This document shows positions 30,594 through 40,754 of a stretch of DNA of 64,000 bases, one piece after another (the first letter of the stretch is position 1; each line of letters begins with the position of its first letter). Origin of the DNA: a bacterium. Its GTDB lineage: Bacteria > UBA10199 > 2-02-FULL-50-16 > JAJFLM01. The position numbers were made by a program, and so were the translations under genes. Where the stretch lies: positions 1,152,001-1,216,000 of the forward strand of contig CBDCFN010000016.1 of NCBI GenBank assembly GCA_965216315.1. Direction: 5' to 3'. The notes under the pieces were generated by a model. The model did not search any database and was not told the DNA's origin. It saw nothing but the letters and a program-made list of their open reading frames with translations.

Positions 30594-31388
30594 ATGCCAC
30601 TAACATTATCTTTTATTGCATTGGGAACCTATCTAGGGACGAGTCTCGGCTTTCTGGCCTATATCCTGTTCAGGCCGCGCCGCCTGGCCAGGGTCGCCTT
30701 TTGGTTGGCGATTGCGGGTTTTGTGATCCACACGGTGGGTTTGGCGCTCAGTGTGCCCGGGCGCGAGTACCCGTTCATCTACTCGACGACGGATGCCTAT
30801 GCCTTGATCTCATGGGTGGTGACTTTCTTGTTTATCGTACTGGCGCGACTCTACCACCTCCAAGGGGCAGGGGCCTTTTTTATGATAGCGGCGGCTTCTT
30901 TATTGATACTTTCCTTGTTTGGGGGTGGTTACCGGGAGTTTCAGCTTTCGGCTGAAGTCAATCCGTGGGTCTTGGTTCATTTACTCCTCGCATTTATGGC
31001 GTTTGCCGTCTTTCTGGTCAGCTTTGTCATTGGCATCGCGTTTATTATGGCCGAGTCACGCATCAAGGCCAAAAGATTAGGGGGACTTGTGAGGCGGCTC
31101 CCCCCGTTGGAAGTGCTCGATGGTATTCATTACAAGGCGCTCAGCTTGGGTCTCTTGTTACTTACTGCGTCCATCGTTGCGGGCAGCATACTCAATAAGG
31201 TCGCACTCGGTGTCTTTTTCACCTGGGATTCGAAGCAACTCTGGGTGCTGTTTACTTGGTTGCTATACGCGGTGATGCTGCAGATGCGCATCCGTGTCGG
31301 GTGGCGCGGTAGACGGGGCATTCTCTTGTCTATCTTAGGTTTTGTTATCGTCATACTCGCTTTTTTTGGATTGCAGCATGGTGCCTAA
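30594..31388 (+). CDS. ccsA: Cytochrome c assembly family (CcsA/YpjD/HemX-like) membrane protein
   Basis: Multiple TM helices, W..H, WDSKQ motif, GWRGRR; precedes hemA. Confidence 0.8.
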   Translation: MPLTLSFIALGTYLGTSLGFLAYILFRPRRLARVAFWLAIAGFVIHTVGLALSVPGREYPFIYSTTDAYALISWVVTFLFIVLARLYHLQGAGAFFMIAAASLLILSLFGGGYREFQLSAEVNPWVLVHLLLAFMAFAVFLVSFVIGIAFIMAESRIKAKRLGGLVRRLPPLEVLDGIHYKALSLGLLLLTASIVAGSILNKVALGVFFTWDSKQLWVLFTWLLYAVMLQMRIRVGWRGRRGILLSILGFVIVILAFFGLQHGA

Positions 31389-32667
31389 TTATACTGCCGA
31401 TTCGTTTGCTGTCTTTGGTCTGTCTCATAAGACAGCTCCATTAGAACTGAGGGAGAAGCTTGCCTTCAAGGGCACCGAACTTGATGAATTCTATCGGCAG
31501 TTATTGTCAAATTCAGGGGTGGACGGGGTCCTTATCTTGTCAACGTGCAATCGCTCTGAAGTGTATGTTGTTGGTGCTAATCTGGAAAATCTGCACAAAG
31601 AAATGGAAGACAAATTTGTGGCTAAAATGGGTTCAGCGCCGAAACAGGATGTGTTTTATTGGTATACCGGCGCGAGCGCTATCACTCATCTGATTCGCGT
31701 AACAAGCGGATTGGATTCAATGATATTAGGCGAAACCCAGATCACGAATCAGGTCAAAGAGGCGTATTCCCGTGCCATTAGCCTGGGCATGAATGGCACG
31801 TTGATGAACCAAATTGCCCATCGTGCCTTTCGCGTGGCCAAGAAAGTCAGAACCGACACGGATATTCAACGCCAGCCGGTGTCCGTACCTTATACAGCTG
31901 TCTTGTTGGCGGAGCAGATTTTTGGGGAGTTATCTTCGAAACGCGTCATGTTGGTTGGAGCGGGGGATATGAGTGAGCTTGCCGCGCGACATCTTGTTGA
32001 GCACGAACTGGAAGGACTGATGATAGCTAACCGCAGTCATGAACGAGCTGAAAACTTAGCGCGCGAGTTTCTTGATAAGGTGGCGTGCGAGGTATTGAGC
32101 CTGGAGTCACTGGGAGCACATCTTCATGAAGCGGATATTGTTATTGCATCGACGTCAGCCCAAGAAACCTTGATTAGTGCGGACCAGGTCCGTGAAGCCA
32201 TGCGGTTGCGGCGCAATCGCGCGATGTTCTTTATTGATCTCGGTGTGCCGCGGGATATTGCACCCGAGATCAATGAGGTCATGAATGCCTACTTGTTTGA
32301 CATCGATGATCTGCAACAAGTGGTCGATGATAATCTAGAGGAGCGACAGCAGGCGGCAGCGGAAGCCGATGTTCTGATTCGAGCCGAGGTAGGAACCTTG
32401 AATGGTTACCTTGCTGAACGTGATTTGACACCCGTCATTCGCGACTTGGTCACGCATTATGAATCGCTGGGGCAGATAGAAATTGATAAGTTGTGCCGCA
32501 AATTACCTGATATGGATGTTAAGGAAAAAGAGGCGATTGAGCAGGCGATGAGGGGAATGATGAAGAAGGCCTTACATCCGACGTTGATATGGCTCAAAGA
32601 AGCCAACTCCACCCAAGACCAGCAAGAGAAGGTGGAATTGCTCAAACGATTAATGCAGCAATCCTAA
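31378..32667 (+). CDS. hemA: Glutamyl-tRNA reductase
   Basis: GLSHKTAP..LRE, LSTCNRSE, GETQI, GAGDM, DLGVPRDI. Confidence 0.97.
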   Translation: MVPNYTADSFAVFGLSHKTAPLELREKLAFKGTELDEFYRQLLSNSGVDGVLILSTCNRSEVYVVGANLENLHKEMEDKFVAKMGSAPKQDVFYWYTGASAITHLIRVTSGLDSMILGETQITNQVKEAYSRAISLGMNGTLMNQIAHRAFRVAKKVRTDTDIQRQPVSVPYTAVLLAEQIFGELSSKRVMLVGAGDMSELAARHLVEHELEGLMIANRSHERAENLAREFLDKVACEVLSLESLGAHLHEADIVIASTSAQETLISADQVREAMRLRRNRAMFFIDLGVPRDIAPEINEVMNAYLFDIDDLQQVVDDNLEERQQAAAEADVLIRAEVGTLNGYLAERDLTPVIRDLVTHYESLGQIEIDKLCRKLPDMDVKEKEAIEQAMRGMMKKALHPTLIWLKEANSTQDQQEKVELLKRLMQQS

Positions 32668-32676
32668 GCTCATACC

Positions 32677-32706
32677 TTGACAGAGACAGCCGAACATTGC
32701 TATTAA
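32677..32706 (+). promoter_or_regulatory. Putative sigma70 promoter for tRNA-Val/thrS
   Basis: TTGACA-N18-TATTAA with TG extension. Confidence 0.5.
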
Positions 32707-32735
32707 TTTCAGTCAGTTACGCAAATAACCTCCTG

Positions 32736-32780
32736 CGATGGGGGGTTGTCAGGGGGGAGAGAGTTTTCTTCCCCCGACTA
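32736..32780 (+). repeat. ~45-bp G-rich hairpin repeat, copy 1
   Basis: CGATGGGGGGTTGTCAGGGGGGAGAGAGTTTTCTTCCCCCGACTA; inverted copy at 39945-39991. Confidence 0.8.
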
Positions 32781-32815
32781 AAGCAAAGTGGAAGCTGCGC
32801 TTTCGCTTTGCGAAA

Positions 32816-32889
32816 GGGCGCGTAGCTCAGTTGGTTAGAGTACTACCTTGACATGGTAGGGGTCACAGGTTCGAATCCTGTCGCGCCCA
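32816..32889 (+). tRNA. tRNA-Val(GAC)
   Basis: Cloverleaf GGGCGCG...CGCGCCC-A; anticodon arm CTACC-TTGACAT-GGTAG; TTCGAAT T-loop. Confidence 0.97.
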
Positions 32890-32905
32890 CAGGTAAACTG
32901 TTATG

Positions 32906-32933
32906 GTAGGGGCGGTTCATGAACCGCCCCTAC
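32906..32933. repeat. GTAG-type REP palindrome (may also act as terminator)
   Basis: Perfect 28-bp palindrome GTAGGGGCGGTTCATGAACCGCCCCTAC. Confidence 0.8.
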
Positions 32934-32953
32934 TTGTCTTTAGGAGATTCGTG

Positions 32954-34699
32954 ATGGTCTGTCGTCCGGGTCATGAGAATGACCCATTAGAGAAAATTAG
33001 GCATTCCGCTGCTCATGTGATGGCATCGGCGGTTCAGGCTCTCTATCCTGGTACGAAGGTGACGATCGGCCCTGTGATTGATGATGGCTTTTACTATGAC
33101 TTTGATACGCAGGAGACACTGACAGAGGCCGACCTGGAAAAAATCGAGGCCAAGATGGCCGAGATGATTAAGCAAGATATGGCATTTACCTGCCGCGAGC
33201 TTTCTCGCGATGAAGCCATCCAACTCTTTGAAGATAAAGGCGAGTCTTTCAAGGTTGAGATTATTGAAGGCTTTCCGGAGGACGAAGCCATCACCGTCTA
33301 TGAGCACGGCGGTTGGGTGGATCTCTGCAAGGGGCCGCACATCGAACGAACCAGTGAAATAGGGGCCTTCAAGCTTCTCTCGGTCGCCGGGGCCTATTGG
33401 CGAGGTGATGAGAAGCGTGAGCAGCTCCAGCGTATTTATGGCACGGCTTTTCTTAAGCAAAAAGATCTGGATGATTTCCTTGAACGGCGTCGCGAAGCGG
33501 AAGCTCGCGATCACCGCAAATTAGGGCGCGAGCTCGATCTGTTCAGCAGTCTCGATGAAATGGGTGCGGGGCTTATCCTGTGGCATCCGCGGGGTGCGCG
33601 GGTGAGACACGAGATCGAAAGTTATTGGCGTGAGGCCCACCTTAAGGGTGGGTATGACATTGTTTATACGCCGCATGTGGCCCATCGAGAGCTTTGGAAG
33701 ACTTCCGGTCATCTTGATTTCTACGCGGAGAATATGTTTGCGCCAATGTCAGCGGACAATGTTGATTACCAACTCAAGCCGATGAATTGCCCGTTTCACA
33801 TCATGATTTATAAGAATGAGCGGCGCAGTTATCGAGATCTTCCATTCCGTTGGGCGGAATTAGGAACAGTCTATCGCTTTGAGCGTTCGGGTGTTTTGCA
33901 TGGCTTGATGCGGGTAAGAGGATTTACGCAAGATGATGCCCACCTTTTTTGCCGCGAGGATCAGCTGGAAGCCGAGATTGCAGAAGTCCTTCGTTTCACC
34001 TTGAAGGTCTTGAGCGACTTTGGCTTTTCGGATTTTGATATTTTTCTTTCGACCAAGCCGGAAAAATACGTCGGTAGCGATGATAACTGGGAGATGGCGA
34101 CGACGTCGCTAGAGGCGGCCCTCAAGAGTGAGGGCTTGGCGTATGAGATTGATCCCGGAGAAGGGGTTTTTTATGGCCCCAAGATTGATATCAAGATTCG
34201 GGATGTCCTGGGCCGTTCGTGGCAGTGTTCGACGATTCAGATTGATTTCAACCTCCCGGAACGATTCGGAGTGACTTATATCGGTACCGATGGTGAGGCG
34301 CATCCGACGATTATGGTCCATAGGGCCCTGCTAGGCTCTCTAGAGCGGTTTTTTGGGGTTTTGATCGAGCATTATGGGGGACAATTTCCCGCTTGGCTGG
34401 CCCCCGTACAGCTCCGGCTCTTGACGATTAGTGAAAAGCATGAGAAATATGCCACGAAATGCCTCGAGGAGCTCCGAAATCGCGGATTTCGGGTTGAGAT
34501 TGACGCAAGTTCAGATAAACTAGGGGCGAAAATTCGGCAGGCGGAGTTGTTGAAGGTGCCGTATATGGCTATCATCGGCAACAAGGAAGTCGAGGCCGAA
34601 GCATTAAGTATTAGAAGTAAGAAAAAAGGTGATTTAGGTTCTATGACCGTTGATCAGTTTAGCGAAACGCTCAGCCGCGCAATAGCGGAACGCTCCTAA
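32954..34699 (+). CDS. thrS: Threonine--tRNA ligase (short N-terminus)
   Basis: RHSAAH, DLCKGPH, KPMNCP, RVRGFTQDDAH, FYGPKID; AGGAG RBS at 32942. Confidence 0.97.
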   Translation: MVCRPGHENDPLEKIRHSAAHVMASAVQALYPGTKVTIGPVIDDGFYYDFDTQETLTEADLEKIEAKMAEMIKQDMAFTCRELSRDEAIQLFEDKGESFKVEIIEGFPEDEAITVYEHGGWVDLCKGPHIERTSEIGAFKLLSVAGAYWRGDEKREQLQRIYGTAFLKQKDLDDFLERRREAEARDHRKLGRELDLFSSLDEMGAGLILWHPRGARVRHEIESYWREAHLKGGYDIVYTPHVAHRELWKTSGHLDFYAENMFAPMSADNVDYQLKPMNCPFHIMIYKNERRSYRDLPFRWAELGTVYRFERSGVLHGLMRVRGFTQDDAHLFCREDQLEAEIAEVLRFTLKVLSDFGFSDFDIFLSTKPEKYVGSDDNWEMATTSLEAALKSEGLAYEIDPGEGVFYGPKIDIKIRDVLGRSWQCSTIQIDFNLPERFGVTYIGTDGEAHPTIMVHRALLGSLERFFGVLIEHYGGQFPAWLAPVQLRLLTISEKHEKYATKCLEELRNRGFRVEIDASSDKLGAKIRQAELLKVPYMAIIGNKEVEAEALSIRSKKKGDLGSMTVDQFSETLSRAIAERS

Positions 34700-34711
34700 G
34701 GCGCAACATAA

Positions 34712-35299
34712 GTGGCCATTAGTAAAGGAGCAAAAAAATCAGGTAAAGGGCATCTTCGGGTCAATAAGCAGATTCGGGCTACGGAGATGCGGGTAATCGG
34801 TCCAGATAATGAGGCACTTGGTGTCCTCTCTTTAAATGATGCATTGGAGGCCGCGCGCAATCTTGATTTAGACCTGGTTGAAGTATCGCCGACGGCGAGA
34901 CCTCCGGTTTGCAAGATCATTGATTACGGGAAACATAAGTATTTAGAAAAAAAGAAGCAGCAGGTTGCGCGCAAGAAGCAGGTCGTTACTCATCTCAAAG
35001 AGGTGAAATTTAGGCCCCGTACTGACGAACACGACAAGGCCTACAAGATGAAACATCTGCGCCGCTTTCTGGAGGATGGTAATAAGGCCAAGATTACCGT
35101 TAATTTTAGAGGCCGCGAAATTGTCTACGTTGATAAAGGCAAGGAGATGATGGCTGAGATCGCGGAGGCTTTGCAGGATGTCGGTAAGGTAGAAAAAGAG
35201 CCCTCCCGACAGGGACGAACCATAATTATGGTGCTGGCCCCGATAGGGAAGGCGCATAAGCAGGAGACGAAACAGGATGCCAAAGATCAAGACAAATAG
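34712..35299 (+). CDS. infC: Translation initiation factor IF-3
   Basis: LDLVEVSP...[18 protein letters not shown]; start is GTG 34712 or ATT 34718. Confidence 0.96.
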   Translation: MAISKGAKKSGKGHLRVNKQIRATEMRVIGPDNEALGVLSLNDALEAARNLDLDLVEVSPTARPPVCKIIDYGKHKYLEKKKQQVARKKQVVTHLKEVKFRPRTDEHDKAYKMKHLRRFLEDGNKAKITVNFRGREIVYVDKGKEMMAEIAEALQDVGKVEKEPSRQGRTIIMVLAPIGKAHKQETKQDAKDQDK

Positions 35300-35477
35300 A
35301 GGCGCGAGTAAACGCGTTCGGGTGACGGCGAGTGGTAAGCTCAAGAGGCGTCATGCCTTTAAGAGTCATATTGCGGCTCCGAAGACGACAAAGCAGAAGC
35401 GCCATTTGCGGCGGCCAACTCAGATTTCAGCCGCTGACATGAAGGAATTTTCACAGTTATTGCCGTATCATGGTTGA
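35277..35477 (+). CDS. rpmI: 50S ribosomal protein L35
   Basis: [13 protein letters not shown]; position between infC and rplT. Confidence 0.96.
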   Translation: MPKIKTNRGASKRVRVTASGKLKRRHAFKSHIAAPKTTKQKRHLRRPTQISAADMKEFSQLLPYHG

Positions 35478-35491
35478 AAAAGGATTGAATT

Positions 35492-35839
35492 ATGCCTCGA
35501 GTAAAAAATAGTCTTCATTCGCATAAACGCCGCAAGAAAGTCCTGAAGAACGCCAAAGGATTTAGGGGAGCTAAGGGACGTCTGCTTCGCTTGGCTCAAG
35601 AAGCCGTCGAAAGATCTTGGAATTATGCTTATCGGGATCGCAAGGTAAAGAAGCGTGATTTTCGCAGTCTTTGGATCGTGAGAATTAATAGCGCCGTCCG
35701 TCCTTATGGGCTCTCTTATTCGCAATTTATGGGTGGTCTCAAAACTGCCGGTATCGGTCTTGATAGGAAATCGCTGGCGGATCTCGCCATCAGTGATCCC
35801 GATGGTTTCAAACAGATTGTCGAGCAGGTTCAGGCCTAA
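35492..35839 (+). CDS. rplT: 50S ribosomal protein L20
   Basis: [26 protein letters not shown]. Confidence 0.98.
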   Translation: MPRVKNSLHSHKRRKKVLKNAKGFRGAKGRLLRLAQEAVERSWNYAYRDRKVKKRDFRSLWIVRINSAVRPYGLSYSQFMGGLKTAGIGLDRKSLADLAISDPDGFKQIVEQVQA

Positions 35840-35845
35840 TATTCC

Positions 35846-36955
35846 ATGTCCAATCAGACCTCCGCTCAGGTCGTTAAAAAACTCCATGATCTGGGAGTAG
35901 ATTTTGATCAACAACTGAATGCCGCAGCGACCGAGTACGACATCCGTCAGGTCAAGGCGGCTTTCCTGGGGAAGCAAGGTCATCTCTCCGCGATCTTGAA
36001 AAGCCTCGGTTCAGTCTCCGCTGAAGAGCGCCCTGTGATTGGACGTGAGGCGAACCTCCTGAAAGAGCGCTTGGAGGCGGCGTTTAAAAGCGCCCTCGAC
36101 AATCTACAGAAGAAGTCGCAAGCCGCGCGTCTCCAGCAGGAGAGCCTTGATCCGACCTTGCCAGGTATTCACTATTCCCCTGGCTCGCTTCATCCGATTA
36201 CGCAGGTCATGAGCGAGATAGAGGCTCTCTTTCGTAGTATGGGCTTTGAAATATGTGTCGGGCCTGAGGTTGAAACAGAGTACTTTAATTTTGAAGCCCT
36301 CAATATTCCCGCAGAGCATCCGGCGCGCGACATGCAAGATACGTTTTATTTGAAAGACGTAGGGGCGCCCCTTGGTGCGCCCGACGAGGTGGCGAGGCAA
36401 GCATCGCCCCTACTAAGAACGCACACGTCGCCCGTGCAGATCCATGTGATGAAAAAACGACAGCCGCCGATTCAAATGATTGCGCCGGGACCGGTTTATC
36501 GACGTGATTCCGATGTGACGCACACACCGCTTTTTCATCAGATCGAGGGGCTATTGGTGGATAAAGACATTACCTTTGCCCAGCTCAAAGGGGTCTTGGA
36601 AGTCTTTCTTCAGGAGTTTTTTGGTCCGGAAACAGCGGTGCGATTCAGGCCGAGCTATTTTCCTTTCACGGAGCCGTCGGCAGAGGTCGACATTAGTTGT
36701 GTGATGTGCCCCGAGCATCGTTCCAATGGAGCGGGAATTGGTTGCCGTGTCTGTCAGCAGACGGGATGGCTCGAGGTGATGGGTTGCGGCATGGTGCACC
36801 CCGCCGTCTTTAGGGCCGTGGACTATGATCCGGAGCAATGGTCCGGCTTTGCTTTCGGGATGGGCATAGAGCGACTTGCGATGCTGCGGTATCGCATTAA
36901 TGATATTCGACTTTTTTATGAGAATGACTGGCGTTTCTTGGAGCAATTCAAATGA
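35846..36955 (+). CDS. pheS: Phenylalanine--tRNA ligase alpha subunit
   Basis: HPARDMQDTFY, LLRTHTS, FHQIEG, YFPFTEPS, GFAFGMGIERL. Confidence 0.98.
   Translation: MSNQTSAQVVKKLHDLGVDFDQQLNAAATEYDIRQVKAAFLGKQGHLSAILKSLGSVSAEERPVIGREANLLKERLEAAFKSALDNLQKKSQAARLQQESLDPTLPGIHYSPGSLHPITQVMSEIEALFRSMGFEICVGPEVETEYFNFEALNIPAEHPARDMQDTFYLKDVGAPLGAPDEVARQASPLLRTHTSPVQIHVMKKRQPPIQMIAPGPVYRRDSDVTHTPLFHQIEGLLVDKDITFAQLKGVLEVFLQEFFGPETAVRFRPSYFPFTEPSAEVDISCVMCPEHRSNGAGIGCRVCQQTGWLEVMGCGMVHPAVFRAVDYDPEQWSGFAFGMGIERLAMLRYRINDIRLFYENDWRFLEQFK
36359..36413. repeat. GTAG-type REP doublet inserted in frame in pheS
   Basis: GTAGGGGCGCCCCTTGGTGCGCCC-gacgaggt-GGCGAGGCAAGCATCGCCCCTAC; GTAGGGGCG/CGCCCCTAC inverted ends. 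Confidence 0.8.
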
Positions 36956-39009
36956 AAGTAACCATTGAATGGTTGGAAGAAATTCTCGGTCAAAAGCTTG
37001 ATGCCGAAAAGCTGGCGCATGAACTGACGATGGCGGGCTTGGAAGTCGAGGGTGTTGATGCCGTTGGCGATGATACCGTGTTGGATATTGCCATCACGCC
37101 GAATCGAGGTGATTGCCTTTCAGTGATTGGGCTGGCTGCGGATATTGCGGCCATTCATGGCAAGCGCTTGAATCATCCGAGTCTCGTTGTCGATATTTCT
37201 AAAGCGGCTTTAGGGGGTGCGTCGGTGCAGATTGAATCCCAAGAATTGTGTACGCGTTACTGTGGCCAAATTATGGAGGATGTTCGGATCAAGGAGTCAC
37301 CTGCCTGGATGCAGCGACGCCTCGAGGCCTGTGGGGTACGCGCTATTAACAACGTCGTCGATATTACGAATTACGTGATGCTGGAGATGGGCCAACCTCT
37401 CCACGCCTTTGATGCCGATTGCCTCGAAGGCGGGGGTGTCCACGTGCGTCTCGCCGCTGCCGAAGAAGAGATCGTGACCCTCGATGGAAATGAGCGGCGA
37501 CTTACCACGCAGGATTTGGTTATCGCCGATGACGAGGGTCCTGTTGCCTTGGCAGGCGTCATGGGCGGATTGCATAGCGAGGTGAGCGATAAGACGAAAC
37601 GTCTTTTCTTGGAAAGTGCGTGTTTTGATCCGAGCTCCGTTCGACGGACGAGTAAGCGGCTGGGCTTGCAGTCGGAGTCTTCTTATCGTTTTGAGCGGGG
37701 AATTGATTGGCTCCGAGTGAGGCCGGCCCTTGAGCGGATGATTGAACTCCTCACGGAGCATGCGGATGCGAAGTGCGTCGACTCAATCTCGGATGTTTTT
37801 GCGGCACCACCGGCTGCGACTCAAATCGACTTCGATCCTGAGCACGTCACGCGGCTCTTGGGCGGCCAATGGGATGAAAAGGCGGTTGAACAACCGCTGC
37901 GGGCGCTCGGTTGTGAGCTGAGCAAGCAAACGCAAGCTTGGCAGGTGACGGTGCCGACACGCCGGCATGATCTGAATGAGCCGGTGGACCTTATTGAAGA
38001 AGTGGCACGCATTACGGGATACGAACAGATAAAAGAAGATTTGCCGTTAAGGACGACACGGGTTCCGGCGGAGCGAAATGCGGCGGCCATTGATCGCGAG
38101 GCCAAACTCAGGTTAGTAACGCTCGGTTTTTCTGAATGTATTCATTATAGTTTTTGTAGTCAGGCTGAGTTAACGAAGCTCGGCGGTCGATGGCTCTCTT
38201 TAGCCCCCCAACTTGCCAACCCTTTAAGTGAAGAGACGGCGTATCTGCGACCGACGGTGATGCTCTCACTGTTGACCTCGGCTCACTATCATCAAAGTCG
38301 GCAGATGAATGACCTCCGTCTCTTCGAGTTAAGGACCCGGTATCAGTTGGAAGCGGAGCAGGTCGAAGAAAAGACCTTCTTAAGCGGTTTAATGTGCGGA
38401 AAAAAGCAGCCGCAGCACTGGAGTCGCAAGGCAGGCGGCGTCGATTTTTACGAGGCCAAGGGGGTGGTCGAAGCCCTGTTGAATGCGTTGGGTTTAGTGG
38501 GGTGGGAGTGGACGCCGCCGGAAGCCGGCAATCCTTATGAGGACTTTTTTCACCCGGGACGTTGTGCCCAGCTCAATTGGGCGGGCCGACCCGTCGGTAT
38601 CGTGGGGGAACTGCATCCTGAGCGTGAGCAGGCCTTTGAGCTCAAGGGTCCGCTTTATCTGTTTGAATTGGACTGGCAGGATCTGGAGGGCTGCACACCG
38701 GAAAAAATTTCCTTTCAAGCGATCCCCTCCGTCCCCTGGGTGCATCGCGACATCGCCGTTGTCGTCGATGAATCGGTTCGCGCCGAGGAGGTCAGGGCTA
38801 TTATTCAAGCTGAGGATGAGAAAATGGTCCGTAACGTGTTGATATTTGATGTTTATTCTGGCGATCAAATTTCCAAAGGAAAGAAAAGTTTGGCCTTCAG
38901 CTACCAAATAGGCAGCCTTGAGCGGACGCTGACGGACGCCGAAGTAGAGGCCCTCCAGGATAAAATTATCAAATCATTAAAGAAAAAGTTGCAAGCAGAG
39001 GTAAGATAG
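36952..39009 (+). CDS. pheT: Phenylalanine--tRNA ligase beta subunit (short form)
   Basis: ITPNRGDCLS, INNVVDITNY, GQPLHAFD, RFERG, FDVY.G. Confidence 0.96.
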   Translation: MKVTIEWLEEILGQKLDAEKLAHELTMAGLEVEGVDAVGDDTVLDIAITPNRGDCLSVIGLAADIAAIHGKRLNHPSLVVDISKAALGGASVQIESQELCTRYCGQIMEDVRIKESPAWMQRRLEACGVRAINNVVDITNYVMLEMGQPLHAFDADCLEGGGVHVRLAAAEEEIVTLDGNERRLTTQDLVIADDEGPVALAGVMGGLHSEVSDKTKRLFLESACFDPSSVRRTSKRLGLQSESSYRFERGIDWLRVRPALERMIELLTEHADAKCVDSISDVFAAPPAATQIDFDPEHVTRLLGGQWDEKAVEQPLRALGCELSKQTQAWQVTVPTRRHDLNEPVDLIEEVARITGYEQIKEDLPLRTTRVPAERNAAAIDREAKLRLVTLGFSECIHYSFCSQAELTKLGGRWLSLAPQLANPLSEETAYLRPTVMLSLLTSAHYHQSRQMNDLRLFELRTRYQLEAEQVEEKTFLSGLMCGKKQPQHWSRKAGGVDFYEAKGVVEALLNALGLVGWEWTPPEAGNPYEDFFHPGRCAQLNWAGRPVGIVGELHPEREQAFELKGPLYLFELDWQDLEGCTPEKISFQAIPSVPWVHRDIAVVVDESVRAEEVRAIIQAEDEKMVRNVLIFDVYSGDQISKGKKSLAFSYQIGSLERTLTDAEVEALQDKIIKSLKKKLQAEVR

Positions 39010-39042
39010 TGTTTATATTGAGGAAACGCGAGAGGAGGAGAG

Positions 39043-39339
39043 GTGACCAAGGCCGAAATTACCGAAAGAATCTTTAACAAGGTCGGATTCTCCAAGAAGG
39101 AATCTTCAGATATCGTCGAGCTCGTATTTGATACGATCAAAGAAACCCTGGAAAAAGGCGACAAAATTAAGATTTCAGGCTTTGGAAATTTTGTGGTCCG
39201 TGATAAGCGACCCAGAATAGGCCGCAATCCTCAGACGGGTCAGGAAATAGAAATTTCGGCGCGGCGGGTGATCACTTTTAGGCCGAGCCAAGTTCTCAAA
39301 GCGGCACTGAATACGGGGAATCCCGCGAGCGAGTTATAG
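39043..39339 (+). CDS. ihfA: Integration host factor alpha
   Basis: ISGFGNF, GRNPQTG.EI.ISARRVITF; follows pheT. Confidence 0.95.
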   Translation: MTKAEITERIFNKVGFSKKESSDIVELVFDTIKETLEKGDKIKISGFGNFVVRDKRPRIGRNPQTGQEIEISARRVITFRPSQVLKAALNTGNPASEL

Positions 39340-39401
39340 AAACAGTTGAAACAATAACCATTTGTAGTCAGCTGCGAGGGTAGGGCAAACGCTCTTTACA
39401 T

Positions 39402-39830
39402 ATGGAAGAGCCACAAATACCGGAAAAACTTTATTTTAAGATCGGCGAGGTCAGTAAGATTCTCGGGGTGAAACCGTACGTGTTACGCTACTGGGAAACC
39501 GAGTTTAAAGAGATCGGACCGATCAAATCCCGTTCCAATCAGCGCCTTTATCGGCGCAAAGATGTTCAAGCGCTGTTGGCAATCAAGCAGCTCCTGTATC
39601 AAGATGGTTTTACGATTAGTGGGGCTCGCAAGAAGGTCAAAGAGCTGATGAAGAATGGAAATGGGGCCAGTTCTAAACCCTCAAAAAAGAAGGCCTCTTC
39701 AATCCCTAAAAAGGTTCCAGAGCCCGGGCAAATGAATTTAGGCTTTGCCGGATCGGGTGGGAGGAAGCTCTTGGTTAAGATAAAAAAAGAACTGGAAGAG
39801 CTTCAATCAATTATCAGTGCGAGCGCCTGA
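39402..39830 (+). CDS. MerR family transcriptional regulator
   Basis: [25 protein letters not shown]; canonical ihfA-merR-tRNA-Pro order. Confidence 0.92.
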   Translation: MEEPQIPEKLYFKIGEVSKILGVKPYVLRYWETEFKEIGPIKSRSNQRLYRRKDVQALLAIKQLLYQDGFTISGARKKVKELMKNGNGASSKPSKKKASSIPKKVPEPGQMNLGFAGSGGRKLLVKIKKELEELQSIISASA

Positions 39831-39861
39831 TAGGGGAATCTGTATTTTCGAAGCATATTAT

Positions 39862-39935
<74 letters not shown>

Positions 39936-39944
39936 CATTCATTA

Positions 39945-39991
39945 TAGTCAGGGGGGCGAAAAACTCTCTCCCCCCTAACAACCCCCCATCG
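39945..39991 (-). repeat. ~45-bp G-rich hairpin repeat, copy 2 (inverted)
   Basis: TAGTCAGGGGGGCGAAAAACTCTCTCCCCCCTAACAACCCCCCATCG, reverse complement of 32736-32780 with a few differences. Confidence 0.8.
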
Positions 39992-40004
39992 TGGGTTAAA
40001 GTGG

Positions 40005-40754
40005 ATGCTCATATTGGTTTCAAATGACGACGGGATTCAGGCTCGGGGTGTTCAAGCCTTAGCGCGTGAATTGAAGACGTGGGCGGAGGTTGTCGTGGTG
40101 GCGCCGGAGCGGGAGCAGAGTGCCTCGAGTCATTCTCTGACCTTGCATCGCCCGTTACGAATCTGGAAGGTGCGCAAGGGTCAGTATGTTGTGAATGGGA
40201 CGCCCACCGATTGTGTGACCTTGGCGGTGCATCAGATCCTGGATAAGCGGCCGGATTTGGTTGTTTCCGGCATTAATAGGGGGCCTAACTTGGGGGATGA
40301 TGTGCATTATTCCGGGACCGTGTCCGCAGCGATGGAAGGCGCGATCATGGATATTCCGTCCGTGGCGGTTTCGTTGGCGATCTTTGGCGAAGAACGGGGC
40401 CACTATAAGACGGCGGCCGCCGTGGCTTCCCGCTTTTGTAAAAAGCTTTCGCGGCGCAAATTACCCAAACGGACCTTATTCAATATTAATGTGCCGAATG
40501 TTCCGCACCCGCAGTTGAAGGGCACTGTTGTAACGACTTTAGGGCGCCGCAATTACGGTGAAATCATCGTCGAAAAAACGGACCCGCGCGGGCGACTATA
40601 CTATTGGATTGGGGGCGATCAGACGGGTTTTCACGAGTTAGCGGGGTCGGATTGTATGGCGATCAATGAGAACAAGGTGTCCATTACCCCTTTGAAGACG
40701 GATCTGACGAATCGGACTTTGATTAGGGAGATGAAGTCGTGGTCCAGGCTCTAA
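40005..40754 (+). CDS. surE: 5'/3'-nucleotidase SurE
   Basis: ILVSNDDG, GTPTDC, SGIN.G.NLG.DV.YSGTV. Confidence 0.97.
   Translation: MLILVSNDDGIQARGVQALARELKTWAEVVVVAPEREQSASSHSLTLHRPLRIWKVRKGQYVVNGTPTDCVTLAVHQILDKRPDLVVSGINRGPNLGDDVHYSGTVSAAMEGAIMDIPSVAVSLAIFGEERGHYKTAAAVASRFCKKLSRRKLPKRTLFNINVPNVPHPQLKGTVVTTLGRRNYGEIIVEKTDPRGRLYYWIGGDQTGFHELAGSDCMAINENKVSITPLKTDLTNRTLIREMKSWSRL

Noticed and set aside
34712..34720. ATT start of infC as a novelty
   Set aside because: Non-canonical infC starts are well known, and an in-frame GTG is also available
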